NCBI GenBank assembly: GCA_951406725.2
Contig: OX597814.1
Location: forward strand, 50,840,001 to 50,904,000
Direction of reading: 5' to 3'
Source of the DNA: Octopus vulgaris
Taxonomy: Eukaryota
Length of the DNA: 64,000 nucleotides
The notes under the pieces were generated by a model. That model made no database searches and had not been told where the DNA came from. It saw only the letters and a program-made list of their open reading frames with translations. This document shows, piece by piece, positions 24,479 to 37,945 of this stretch (the stretch's first letter is position 1; each line of letters begins with the position of its first letter). The translations under genes and the position numbers were made by a program.

Positions 24479-27354
24479 AGTTTTTGTATGTGTTTGTAGA
24501 GAGAGCCACAAGAGGGGAAAAGAAAAATTAATGTAATTCAGGGAAATACTTCAGAAATTATTAAATGACAATTTGATTTTTATATAGACTATGCCTCAGT
24601 TATCTTAGTAAATGTACATTTTCTATGATTAGAATATACTTAAAACAATTCATCAAGTTTTTAAAATAATTTTTGAAACATACATATCCAAACATATGTA
24701 ATTTTTTTGCTTATAAATTTTTTCTTAAGCTTTCAAATTTTGTTTTCTTTTTTAGACATGAAAGCTAATATCTGTTTAATAAATGCAATTTATTCATATT
24801 TTTAAACAGTAATAGTAAAATTATATGTCACCAGTTGGTTGTTTTGAATATAGAAAGGAAAAACAAGGACTAAGAAGTTTGAGTTGACACTTCTTGATAA
24901 GGGAAGAAATATGTAAAGGCATTGAGTGTAATTTTATTGTATGTTGTTATTCTTGAACTTCTTCATTTACACTTCTTTTAAATATCCTTGACAATGTTTA
25001 TAATAAAAAAAAAACATTTTTTTAAACCCTAGATAAAACTATCCAGATTATATTCTGCAAGCTGAATCTCTATATGTGTGGTTTGAAAATTGTAATAAAA
25101 TGTAGCTACTTTATTGTTTGTGTGTGTCAATTTCTGTTTATATATTTGAACTTGACATTCATGTTGAATTCTTTAACTTTGTAAATATTAGTAAATATAT
25201 TTTGGTGTATGTGTGTGTGTGTGAAAGACAGAGAGGAGGTGGGAGAGAGAGAGAGAGAGAGATACACATACAAAAGATTAAGATTTTTGACATTTTGATT
25301 TCTGATAGAAGTGAAAGGAAAGTATAAGGTTTCTTTTGATGTCATAGGAAGATACATCAGAACAGATTTGGCCATTTGAAAATTCCTTTGATTTTGCAAT
25401 CCTGTCTGATGGATAGGATTAGTTTTAACGGTTTATTTGGCAAAAGAAAAATATATGTACTTACCATTTACACAGCAATGAATGATCTGAATTTTCCTTC
25501 ACAGTGAAATATTAATATAGTTAATTTCAATTTTCATATTAAGTATGTAAATCTTAGGCTTTTAGGAAAATAACATTTTTGAAATTAATGTATTCTTACA
25601 TTCACTTGCTTTCTGTTACTATTATTTATTCTACCTACAGCCAGGAAAAGCTTAACAGCAATACACCTGCTGTTTGTCAAATTTCAGACAAGTAAATGTA
25701 ACATTAATAGCTATGATCTAACTCTTTGTTATATGGGATCTTCTTAGTCTGTCTATAAGTTACAGTCTCTAATATTTATTATTGGAAGCTGTGCTATAGA
25801 AAGAAAGCTTTAATGACATATGTCTTAAATTTTCTCTCCTGAATACACAACCTAAAATAAAAAGGTGTGTGGCAATAGATAGTCAATGTAATACAATTAG
25901 AACTTACGAATCACAAAGGAGAGTTCCTCAAGTATTGACTGAGGGAGTTGGTTCTTAGCAAAATCCAGATAAATTTTGATTTGTGGCTATTTAAATTGGA
26001 ATTTTCAGTTGAGGACATTTTTCTGTTACCTAATAAGGTTTACATGTATTTCAGTTCCCTGTTAGTAATGTAGTGACTTTAAGAGGGGAAAAAAATGACA
26101 CGCATAACGAAGACAAATTGATATTTTTATTAATGTCCATATATTCACTTACCTCATGAATTATGATCAGTCATTTGGTACCATTACTAATCTCTGAAGA
26201 TATGATTATCAATTCTGTAGTGGTTAGATAAATGATATTAAAGCTTTTTCTACTACTCACATAATATATATAACACAATATATAGTTCACAATGCAGAAA
26301 ACACGGTGATAGAAGGTCAAGTTCAGTCATCTGACATTATTTATTGTCATTGCAGAGTCAACTTTAATGGATAATTAAATTTACTTCCTTTGAAAGGTTA
26401 AGTCTGATTGTATTGTATGTATTTATACAATAAAATGCAATTCACATCTGATTGTCCTGTAAGTATTGTTATTTGATTTATACATGGTATCAATTGCTTC
26501 CCTATCAATCTTGTATTGGCCAGGCTATTTAATCACTTAGCCACTCCAATTTCTCTCAGCCTCCTCATCCACTCAACTTTTCCTTACCCAGTCAGTCTCT
26601 TCCCAACCACACTGAAAAACTCTCTGACAGCAGTTTTCGCATTTTAACATATAAGTGAAGTGTCATTGCAGTTCTGTTTGATATCATTGTAACATGCTAC
26701 AGTAGAACTAAAGTTATTATTTGCTTTGTCCATTTACACATGAGAGACATTTGTTCCCAACTTGCTCCAGGCTAAGGTTCATCAGAGAGAAATATTTGCT
26801 TTAATATTTAGCATCATCAACACAACTGACTGCCTCAGAGCAATGCTATTATAAAAGCATAGCATTTAGGGCATGTGACAGTCATTGTATTAAAGCAGAG
26901 ATTTCTTGGTGAATTGAGTTTGTATTTCAGATTCTGTTACTTCTGTTGAACCATTTCAGTTTCAGTGCTAGCACCTTTGTAAAATGGAACAACATTACAC
27001 CTTTGCTACCACCTCTCTCCTATAAATGCATAAAAGAAAATCAATAGTTTGTGCTTGTTTGAAATAGCAAACCTTATCTGTATGTCTAAGAACTAGTGTT
27101 TCTGAAGTATACTAGAGTGTTATCCATCATATGACAGTGTTGATAATATACTTTTCCCATTCAAGGTAAAATAAGGTTATGTACAATAATTATGTGTAAT
27201 AATTATAATTTTACTTTATTCAAAGTTCAGGGTGCTTAACAAAATAATTAAATGACTTGTAATGGTTAAAGTAAAAATGTTTATTAAATTAGGATAAACT
27301 TTAATTCAACAAATTTCTCATATTTTATACACACACACACAGAAATAGAATGAG

Positions 27355-27775
27355 ACTGGCATAGCTGTGTGGTTAAGATCACTTCCTAAACACATGGTTT
27401 TGGGTTCAATCACACTGCATCACAACTTAAGCAATTGTCTTCAACTATAACTTCAAGCCAACCATAGTTTTGTGTATAGATTTCATATAATTAAGGGCTA
27501 AAGAGGGTTATTCAGGCAGAAACTGAAAGCTGACCACTGTGTGTATGTGTGCATGGGTGTGTGTGTATGTGTGTTTCCTTATCTTGACATTTCACGATAG
27601 TTGTAAACAAGTGTCACAACCATACAAGTGATGTTTTTTATTTGCAAACTTCCATGAAAACATGTTCAGCCATTGCCTTTCATCCTTTCAGGGTCGATAA
27701 AAAAAAGTACCAGTTGAGTACTGGAGTTGATGTAATCGACTTAACCCTTTCCTTCTATAGTAGAAAGAATTATTT
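27355..27775 (+). mobile_element. Chimeric SINE: A head, (TG)n, partial E tail, C tail
   Basis: A head at 27355-27540, E-type cttgacatttcacgatagttgtaaac at 27580-27670, then C-type gcctttcatcctttcagggtcgataaaa...gtaccag. Confidence 0.7.
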
Positions 27776-28310
27776 TACTGTCCACATCCCCTTGGAATCC
27801 TAATATATACTAAAATGATATATTCCAAACATTGTTATTTTCTCTGTTTCGACATTTTGTTCCTTATTGTCAGAAAACTTTCATCTTCATTCATGCCCCT
27901 AGTCATATGCTATTATCTTAGAAGGCTTAGCTGTCATTTATATAAATGTCTCTATTACTTACACTATGCATAGCTATTATAGATTGTTATAGGTGCTTGC
28001 TATTAGAAATAATTTTTCAGTTCCCATATCTTCCAGCTACTATAATATGCTAGTTTCCTATCTTTTGCTGTAAAGGTTGAAATATAATCTACTATTTTCT
28101 GGTGAAAGACATATTTCTTACCAAAAATATTTTTATTATGTCCAGTTTCACACATACATTAAAACTTTAACAGTATGCAAGAAATTCATTCTTGCCTAAT
28201 CTCCAGTATACATTTTCTAAACAGTTTATAAATTTCATCAATCAGGTTCCTCTAATTTGCTAATTCAATTTTATCATAGCGCTATTGCAACCAAAACTTT
28301 ACATTATTTT

Positions 28311-28381
<71 letters not shown>

Positions 28382-29730
28382 GAATGGCAAGTAGTTTGAT
28401 GTGAAACCATGAGCTGAAACTGAAGAAATTGTAGAGTAAAAGAGCTATTTCTGCCAGTTAAAGATGCATAGGATTTGTTATTCACTTTACATTTCTTTGT
28501 TGAGGTGTCAAAAATTTTCATCACATTTCTGTAACTTAGTCACTATAATGTAATTGTGTCACTTACCCAGTCACAGAGATGCAACAAATATTTTGACCAC
28601 TCAAAAAAAAATAAATAAATGGAAAGTTTTTGTGTGTTTTTAAATTACTAAAATAGTTCTTCTACTATGTAATTACTATCAAGGCTTTAGATCTGCTTTA
28701 AGTTAGATCTGCATTAAGTTAGTTTTTTTGAGATGTTTTACAGCCAAATGCTCTTCCTGTTGCCAACCTGTTTAGTCTTCTCTTAGAGGATGTAGGGGTA
28801 TAGATGTGCTTATTCTAAAACCATATTAAACAAGGATATGTGTATGTTCTCTTCTAGTTTTAATTACTTGAAATCTCCTTGTAAGGAGGGAGTAGGTTTC
28901 TAAAAAGATACAAAACTCCATCAGAATATAGATAACAGAAGCAAATTCATATTTTAAACTTGAGAAAATCTTACATATTTTTACAGTTCCACATACAAAT
29001 TATATTTGTAATGTGCAAATTAACTGGTTGATTTCTTTTTCTAAAAATACCAGCTTATTCAGATTCTCACTTGGCATTTACTCACAAAAACAAGTGAACC
29101 CGTTATTATTTGAATAAATGTGAATTGAAAATCTTGATATAGAAACTGGAGGTTTCAAAGCAGTTGTCCATAGTTAACCTTTGTCTCCTTGATTTTTGAA
29201 GAGATAGTCCAAATAAAATAAGAGTATTTATGTCTTTTTAGATAGCTTCTTGGTACTGTAGTATTGTTTGTGTTGATGTTGATGTTGTTATTAATGTCAG
29301 CCATCATCATACTTGTGGAATTCCACATGGTGAGATGTATATATTTTTTAATCCGATTTGAATAACATTATGTTGGTAAGTAAATGGTGTTTCTCTTATC
29401 TATAGCTGAAGATATAGACTAGTTGCTAGTTTAGTTGCTGGAAAAGTCAGTATAATTGTAAAAGAAAATGCTGAAAATGGCATTAACTATTGATGAGGCT
29501 CTTGTAAGGTGGAGAATTTTAACAAAAGAAAGCAGAAGGCAAACATTGATACCACAAGGTATCTCTTACTGTGCCACCTAACCTTGGAAGTGGTACTTTA
29601 TTTAATGAGTAAGAATGGATGAGAGACAAAGCTGATCTTGGAATAATTTTAATGCAGAAAGCACACAGAGCTGGGGCAAATGCCACTACACTCTAACACC
29701 TTTGACAATATGCTATTCACTAGCTGAATA

Positions 29731-29990
29731 TAATGATAATAATAAATGTGTCCTTTAAAGCCTAGCCAGGCTCATGGGCCCAGTTTCCCAGTTTCAATGG
29801 CATATGTGTTCCCCAGCTGGACGGGACACCAGTCCATCACAGCGTTACTCATTTTTGCCAGCTGAGTGGACTGGAGCAACGTGAAATGAAGTGTTTTGCT
29901 CAAGAACACAACGCATCACCCGGTCCAGGAATCGAGACCACAATCTTACGATCATGATACTGACACCCTATTCACTAAGCCATGCACCTC
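29731..29990 (-). mobile_element. Family B-type SINE with a different tail and a target-site duplication
   Basis: Minus-strand head gcatggcttagtgaatagg...ggtctcgattcctgg plus the B-type core. Direct repeat CACTAGCTGAATA at 29718-29730 and 29991-30003. Confidence 0.88.
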
Positions 29991-31811
29991 CACTAGCTGA
30001 ATAATTATTTACAAATTAACTAGTATGAAACCAGTGGCCCTAGATTTTTAACTTGAAATCCAATAAAAAACACTGGCTGTATAACATATAAAACTGAGTA
30101 AAAATCCAAATGTCAGCAATAACGGCTTCACTTATCACATTGCACCTGCCTACAATAAAATAAATAACCATATGTCCCTCTTTTCTACAGGGCAGGATTA
30201 CTGTAAGGCCACTTGTGTGTGTATAAACACATAGCTGATATGGCAAGTACAGGTATAAATACACACACACACAAGTGGTTATACAGTAGTCCTGCCAAGT
30301 AGAAAGCAAGGATGTACTGTTGCTTCTATATTGTAGACATATGTAATGTGATAAGTGTAGATATTATTGCTGAAATTTTGATTTTGACTTAGTTTTTAAA
30401 TGTCATCTGTCAAGTGTTTATTTTTGTTTATGACTTGTGAATGTAGCCTGTGTTTATTTTGGCATTAAGTATCACTTCCATCATTGATTGTCTATTTTTG
30501 CATGAAGGCCTGTAAAGTGTAGATGTAGTGTCCACTGATGTTTTCCTGTTTAGTTTTGCTTTTTGTTGTGTGCTGTAATGCATTGCAATCACCCGTTGCT
30601 GTAAGTACATCAAGAGCCAGCAGGAGAGTATCATATTCGTACGGCTGATATAACAGTTGCCATGAAGTTTACACTTTTTACATTTGCAACTGAATTTTGA
30701 AATCACATTCATCATTTATAGCTTGTGGTTTGTTACTGATGTGGGGTTTTTTAAAAATATATTTTAGCATTTCTTGCAGTATATTATTAATATTAATTTA
30801 TTGTCTGGTATATTGCATATACATATGTACACATATTTTATCAATATCTTGTAAAATGATACAAACATTTTGTAATTTTTTTACTTCTTATAAAATTTGA
30901 AACTTAAAACTTGGGGCCCACCTGTAATATAGCTACCAATATATTTTGCTTTTGAGAATATTAAATACTTTCTATGTAACAAATCATCTAAATAATTATC
31001 TTTTCCTACTCCTGATTCCTTACAATTCTTATTCCCTTGTCTAAAAATTTAATTATGATTTTACCATTCCTAACAATATATTAACTGCTTTGATTTTTAT
31101 CTAAAATTGTAAGTGATTTCTATTGGATGAGCCAAAAGCTGTAGCTTAATTAACTCCCATAAATCTTTACTAAAACAAAGAATTTTTAGGGGGTAAATTG
31201 CAGATTGCTTATCTTTGTCTACCATGCATATTTTTTACAGCATTTATTTCAAGATATACATCAAACATTCTCTTAAGGCATTTCTTATTTTCAATTCTCT
31301 TGGTGTGTTCACAGTATGTTACACACAATAATCTATGAATTTTTGTAAAACTAAGACTGGTGTTTTATATAAAACTAAGCCTTTTGTCCTTTAATAATTT
31401 GTCAATAGATGGTGGCCAAGTTAGCTACAATCCATTATAATGACCTCAGTACATGACTAGTATCTCATTTCATTGATCTCTGAAAGATGAAAAAGAAAGT
31501 CATTTTAGTATAGACAAGTTGTTCCTTTCATATGAGTGGAATAGACTATATATCTTAAACTTCATTAAGATATATTTTGTACAGATTAAAAATATACAAT
31601 TAACATTTCTTAAGTTCTCAAAGTTACCTTGAGTTTTGTGTGGTGAAAATGGAATACTTTCATAAGTAGATAAGTAATGGAGCACCTGACTACTTACTAA
31701 ATCAGTTCTTTTACTGCTACAGGTATTCTATTGTGCTAGGTTCATGCTACTTTCATGAAATGATAAAATCACAAACATATATATTTCTCTCTCTCTTCTT
31801 ATATATATATG

Positions 31812-31868
31812 TTGAACCGTCCAACCCATGCTAGCATAAAAAGCGGACGTTAAACGATGATGATGATT
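31812..31868 (+). mobile_element. Family D terminal tip
   Basis: ccgtccaacccatgctagcataaaaagcggacgttaaac(GAT)n. Confidence 0.8.
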
Positions 31869-32069
31869 ATATATATATATATAGGGAGTAGAGAGAGAGC
31901 AAGCTAAGGCATGTAGAACTCTGAGTGACAGTTTTTTTGTGATGTTTTTGCAGCTTTAATAAAAAAAAAAATGCATATTATTCTACCTCCAGTATTCAAG
32001 TACTATTTTTTTCCATTTATGTGCTTACTTGTGTGTGTGTGTGTGTGTGTATATTTATGTATGAATTGA

Positions 32070-32512
32070 CCCTAGTACTTATTCTAGCAGTATGTTTTGC
32101 CAAACTGCTATGTTACAGGGGACATAAATGTACCAACACCGCTAGTCAAGCAGTTTGTTGGAGACAAGCATGGACATATACGCACACATACACAACAGGC
32201 TTCTTTCATTGTCCATATGTCAAATCCACTCACAAGGCTTTGGTCAGTCTGAGGCTTTAGTAGATGACACTTATCCATGTGCCATGTGGTTAGGCAGCAA
32301 ACTTCTAAACCATACAGCTTGTGTGTGTGTGTGTGTGCATGTGTGTAACCACCTGACAACCAGTGTTGGTTTGTTTACATCCGTGGTTTGGTAAAAGGAC
32401 CAATCAAATAAGTACCAGGATTAAGAAAAATATGTACTGGGGTCAATTTGTTTGGCTGAACCCCTCAACCCCAGCATGGCCACAGTCCAATGGCTGAAGA
32501 AAGCAAAAGATA
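32070..32512. mobile_element. Two family A SINE fragments in opposite orientation (32070-32320 minus, 32350-32512 plus)
   Basis: A head and body on the minus strand, followed by an A tail on the plus strand. Confidence 0.75.
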
Positions 32513-32520
32513 TATATACA

Positions 32521-32800
32521 TACTTTTACTCTTTTATTCTTTTATTTGTTTTAGTCATCAGACTATGGCCATGCTAGGGTACCACCGCAACCCCTGTACA
32601 CTTTATTTTTATTTTCAAAGCTGGTACTTATTTTATCATTCTCTTTTGCTTAACTGCTAAGTGTATGGGAACATAAACACACCAAGACTGGTTGTCAACC
32701 AGTGGTTGAGACAAAGACACACATACACACACACACACACACATACACACACACACACACATATATATATATACATACATACATATATACACACACACAC

Positions 32801-32836
<36 letters not shown>

Positions 32837-34067
32837 CATACACATCTGTAAATATAATATGTGACAATTATTCGGTAACCACAGTAAAACTCTGAGTTTC
32901 AGATGTCAGGGCAGAAACGAACGCCGGCATCTCTTCAGTTTTTGGGCCATTGAAAAAAATGCTATGAAAATGACCATTGAAACGAAGGGAAATTACTGTG
33001 TGATTGACTGTTATTAAGACAAAAGAGCTAATAGAATGACCGCTAAGTAAGGGGAGGGAGTAAAAATGTTTATAGTAATCACGCACATGTCCATATATAC
33101 ACATGCATGCCCACACCCACGTACATGCACCAATATGTATATATTCATCCACCCTCACTTGAAACACACACATGCTCACCCACGCATTCACCAAAAAATA
33201 TATACATACACACTCGCCCACACACCCATGCGCACAAAAAAGGTCCATACACAAGTCTATATACACACATGCACAAGAAAAAAACAGGGCTTAGGGCAAC
33301 AATACAGAAAAATGTGTAAAAAAATTAGCAATAAGAGTAAACAAATCTATATACTCACATGCACGCACACACACGTCTAATATATGCACATACCCACACA
33401 CTTCTATATACGCACACACACACACATGTGCACAAAAAAATTCATACAGACATGTATATGAATTTTTTTTGTGTGCATATGTAGATGTGTGTGTGGGTAT
33501 ATGCATATATTAGACGTGTGTTTGCATGCATGCGAGTATGTGCGAATATAGGCGTGTTTTACTCTTATTGCTCATTTTTTAAACTTTTATTTTTACACAT
33601 ATTTCTGTATTTTGCCTTTAGCCCTGTTTTTTCTTGTGCCTGTGCATATATGGACGTGTGTATGAACCTTTTATGTCCACCACGTGGGTGTGTGTGTGTG
33701 TGTGTGAGCATGTATGTATATATTTTTTAGCGAATGGTTTTTCGGTGGCAACTGAAGAGATGCTGGCATGGGTTTCCGCCCTGACATCCGAAACTCGGTG
33801 TTTTATCATGGCAACCAAATAATTGTCACATATTATATTTATTTACAGATAAATTCTTCTATTTACAAAATATCGAGGTCTCTTTCATTCTTTTGTTGTT
33901 TTGCCATTTCTATCAATATATATATATATATATATACACACACAAACACACACACACGACTGCCTAATCCACTCACAAGGCTTTGTTTGGCCAAGGCTGT
34001 AGTAGAAGACTCTTACTGAAAATGCCATGCAGTGGGACTGAATCAGGAACCATGTGGTTGGGAAGCT
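32521..34067 (-). mobile_element. Family A SINE split by a ~1-kb fold-back element
   Basis: Tail half at 32521-32720 and head half at 33955-34067, same orientation. Confidence 0.75.
32845..33920. mobile_element. Fold-back element with hammerhead-like motifs, probably inverted PLE pLTRs
   Basis: Outer inverted pair ~32845-32940 / ~33750-33850, each containing CTGAAGA-gatg..catc-(c/t)-GAAAC. Inner inverted arms ~33185-33450 / ~33455-33735 are centred near 33452. Confidence 0.7.
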
Positions 34068-34342
34068 GCAAAAACATCACAAAAACTGTTACTCAGAGTT
34101 TCACGTTCCCATTCAGCCAACAGTTTTGGTTGAGAATCTTAAACTATTACTCTCAGAGTTTCATGTTCCCAGTTTTAGTTGAGAATTTCAACCAAAAATG
34201 TCCAACGAATTGGAACGTGAAACTCTGAATAACAAGTTTTTGTGATGTTTTTGCAACTTTATTAATAAAGCACATTACTCTACCTCTGGTATTCAAGTAC
34301 TATTTTTTTCCACCTTGTTTCACATTTATGTGCTTACTCTGG

Positions 34343-34343
<1 letters not shown>
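34064..34343. mobile_element. Second PLE pLTR-like repeat with inverted duplication and minimal hammerhead geometry
   Basis: Inverted arms ~34064-34138 / ~34183-34258, an AATAAA downstream, and a homologous partial copy at ~31916-32030. Confidence 0.65.
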
Positions 34344-34378
<35 letters not shown>

Positions 34379-34906
34379 TGCATATGTCCACTCATAAATG
34401 TGTGTAATGAATCTCTAGAATTGTTACCTGCATATGAAATACAGCTATAATGAAATTTTTGTGGTGGGTTAAGACCTGAAAATGCTAAATTCCATATATG
34501 AATGCCTACAACAGTATTTACTTGTTATCAGCCTGTTAGTGGTAGATAATACTGATTGCTTGGCATCAGCAATAATGGTTGCAGGTGGTAAGAAAGATTA
34601 TCAGACAAGTTTTACATTGTAACGACTGTCAGAAACATTTTCTAAAAGACCCTGGTTACCTGTAAGTGAAAGGAATTGATTAACTCCATTTTCTACTTCT
34701 GGTAACAACTGAAAAAGAGAGTAGAGTTTGATGTAACTATGCAATAGTGAAAGATAATCATTGTGGTTATTATGACCTGGGTCACTGAAGAATTTTTGAC
34801 CTCTGAAGAGGAGCAGAACTTCTATGGTAATGGTAATAATCAGTATATACATAACAGACATGTATACATACATACATGCATACATATCTATGTATGTGTA
34901 TATGTG

Positions 34907-34937
<31 letters not shown>

Positions 34938-36159
34938 ATGTATATATATGTATGTATATGTATATATATATATACATATATATACATATATGCAGAAATC
35001 CAAACATATATATGTAGTGGCAAGATACTCTGTGAGTACATTTGTATCTTCATCGTTTTGCATCTGCTTTTTTCCATGCAGGCATGGGTTGAAGAAGTCT
35101 TATGACATCTCATGTATTTAAGATTTAAATGTGTGTATAACACACACACATACATGCACACACATATACACGCATACATAACTCATGCTTTTGTTGTATA
35201 GATTGTTTTTATGATAGTAAATATAGAATATCTCTCTCTTTCTTTCCTTCTCTCTTTCACTTATATCCATGTATATATATGGTGGTGGGGAGGTGTATAC
35301 ATCAGTCTGCATCTGTGTTGATAAATGGCAGAATGAATGAGAGAATAAAATTTTTATACAAAGTGGGAAAACACAATTGGTTAAATGTAAACCAGGACCA
35401 GAATATAGGATGACATTTCTGATTGAGGAACATTGATTGGTACCTCATCAACTCCCTGTTGATCCAGTGCCAGGGAAGGAAAAAAAGCAAGGTAGTGTGT
35501 GTGTATGTATGTGTGTTTGTGTATATCTGTACACACAAACACACATGTGCTCATATACATACATATTTATGTACACATATCAATATATCCATGTATGTTT
35601 GTTTGTATATATAGATGTGTGTATGTTTATATAGTTATGTGCATAGATATATATGTGTTCATCACCATTTAACATCCATGTTCAATGCTGGCATGGGTTG
35701 TATGTGTATATGTGTATTATTTTATGTATGTTTATATGTGTATGCTAGCATGGAACGGTGATGATGATGATATTACTGAGAGAGAAAGGAAACAATATGT
35801 AAATGTGCGTGTGTGTATAAAGACATATTAGAGAATAGAAGTTTTTGTGTAGGTGACTTTATGTAACTATCTTCTGTGCAATTATATTCGTTTGTGTTAG
35901 AGTTTATATTGTGCTTGCTCATGTGTGTTTGTTGTCTGGTGTAAGTATATGAAAATATTGCACAGACATTTGCTCTAATAAACAACCAAATATTACTCAT
36001 ATCTGATTCTCTGTTCAGAGTTGCAAAGATGTATTACAAAGAAATAAACATTCATATTTATACACACACACACACACACACATTCACAGTCATTTCTGAA
36101 ACCAAAGCATAAATTGCTACACATTTTTCCTTCTGCTTTTTATTCCTGTGTGTGTGTTT

Positions 36160-36202
<43 letters not shown>

Positions 36203-37369
36203 CTGTCTGATGACTGATCAATACTGGACTCCTGGAGAAAAGATCCAGGTATTGATGAAAATCTCCTGTTGCTTTTGTCTGCCTGTTAGCTAAGACTAGT
36301 GAGGAATGCTCTCTCCGGACCACTATCAGAGCTTCCTCCCAGTTGCTGCAGAACACTCTCATTCCCTTCCCAGCCAAGCTTCCACATCCTATTTTATTTT
36401 TACTTTTTTTATAATTTTTGTTTCTGTTACTCTCCTCTGCTTGTCACTCCTTACTCTTTCTTCCTCTCTTTCTCACTCGCTCTCATTTTCTCAGTACCCT
36501 CTTCTTTTTCTCTCTCGTTCTAAAATGACAAGCCATCATTTCAAGCTATGGCTAGGGATCAATGCAACAGGGCTTGATATGAAAGGGCACATGTAGCTAC
36601 TTCCCACACATGCCCTTGGGTAATAAATATGATTGGAAAAAAGTCACATTTTTTCCTCCACATTTATTCATTTTATTTTTCGTGTCATTTCTCCTGTTTT
36701 TCTTTATTTTTGTTTATCTTACACTTTACCTGGTTTTTTTTCCTCCCATTTTTTCTCTTTTTTTTTGTTTGCTTTTGCTGGGCAGGCATTTTGGCAGTGA
36801 ATTTTCAATGCTTCAGCTAACATACACACACAGATATATACAAATGTACATACTAACTAGAACAACATATACAATTAGATATAGTTGTTTAAAAATAAAT
36901 AACTAAAACAGGATTGTATATAGGAATATATTGCTATTTTTGTATATTTTATTTTATTAGCATAATCTCTTGATACCTGTGCTGAAATATGTGTTTTATA
37001 TATATATATATATTTGTGTGTGTGCATGCCTGTGTATGTATGTATAATTTATCTATAAATTTTCGTTTTTGCGTTTTTTTTTTTTTTTTTGAGATACAGT
37101 CATAAATATAACCTTAACAAGAGCAGCAACACGAAATCCAAAAATCAGAAAATACTCATTCGTTTGGTGATGCTATAAATTAGTTTGAAACATGTATTTG
37201 CTAAATATGTGCACTTATACAGCTTTAGTGGCTTACAAGTAGTTATTACCAATATGTACATCTTTACAATGGGACATAATCAGATGGTGGCTGTGTTTTT
37301 ACAAGGCTGTCTATGTAATACTGCAGTAAATGACAAGGTATATCAAAATAACTAATTGAATCCTTCATC

Positions 37370-37945
37370 ATCACCATTATCATCATTGTTTTGATGTCCA
37401 CTTTCCCATGCTTACATGATTCAGATGGAATTTGTTGAGGAAGATTTTTCTGCAGTCAGTTGCCTTTCTTGTCATCAACCTCAAGCATGATTGTTACCTG
37501 CGTCGCCTTATTAGCACCTGTGCTGGTGGCACGTGAAAAACATTCAAAGCGAGGTCATTGCCAGTGCCGCTGGACTGACTCCTGTGCAGGTGGAACATAA
37601 AAAGCACCATCTGAGCGTGGCCGTTGCCAGTACCACCTGACTGGCCCCCGTGCTGGTGGCACATAAAAGCACCCACTACACTCTCGGAGTGGTTGGTGTT
37701 AGGAAAGGCATCCAGCTTTAGAAACTCTGCCAGATCAAGATTAGAGCCTGGTGCAGCCATCTGGTTCGCCAGACCTCAATCAAATTGTCCAACCCATGCT
37801 AGCATGGAAAGCGGACATTAAACGATGATGATGATGATGAATCCTCACCTGTTTCCAAGTAAGATAATATTCGCCCATGGCCAGACATGTTATTACAGAA
37901 GTTTGGAAATGAATGTCAGCACTTGTATGACATTGATGCTCACAT
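37370..37945 (-). mobile_element. Family E tail interrupted by a family D insertion
   Basis: E sequence ends gtcatcaacctca at ~37483 and resumes atcctcacctgtttccaag at ~37841. Confidence 0.8.
37484..37840 (+). mobile_element. Family D retroposon 3' end with three structured units
   Basis: Three gtgc(t/a)ggtgg(c/a)ac(g/a)t(a/g)aaaa motifs, then the D terminal block and (GAT)n. Short cctca duplication at the flanks. Confidence 0.9.

Noticed and set aside
34601-35179. 192-aa minus-strand ORF
   Set aside because: Mostly microsatellite; the non-repetitive C-terminal part has no recognisable motif or convincing splice boundaries.
36117-36377. 86-aa minus-strand ORF in a unique island
   Set aside because: No recognisable domain, no clear splice sites, and it runs into a (CA)n repeat.
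37500-37680. CRISPR-like repeat/spacer appearance of family D units
   Set aside because: Eukaryotic context, no cas genes, the inter-repeat segments are homologous to each other, and the array sits inside a dispersed retroposon. Kept as a structured-RNA finding instead.
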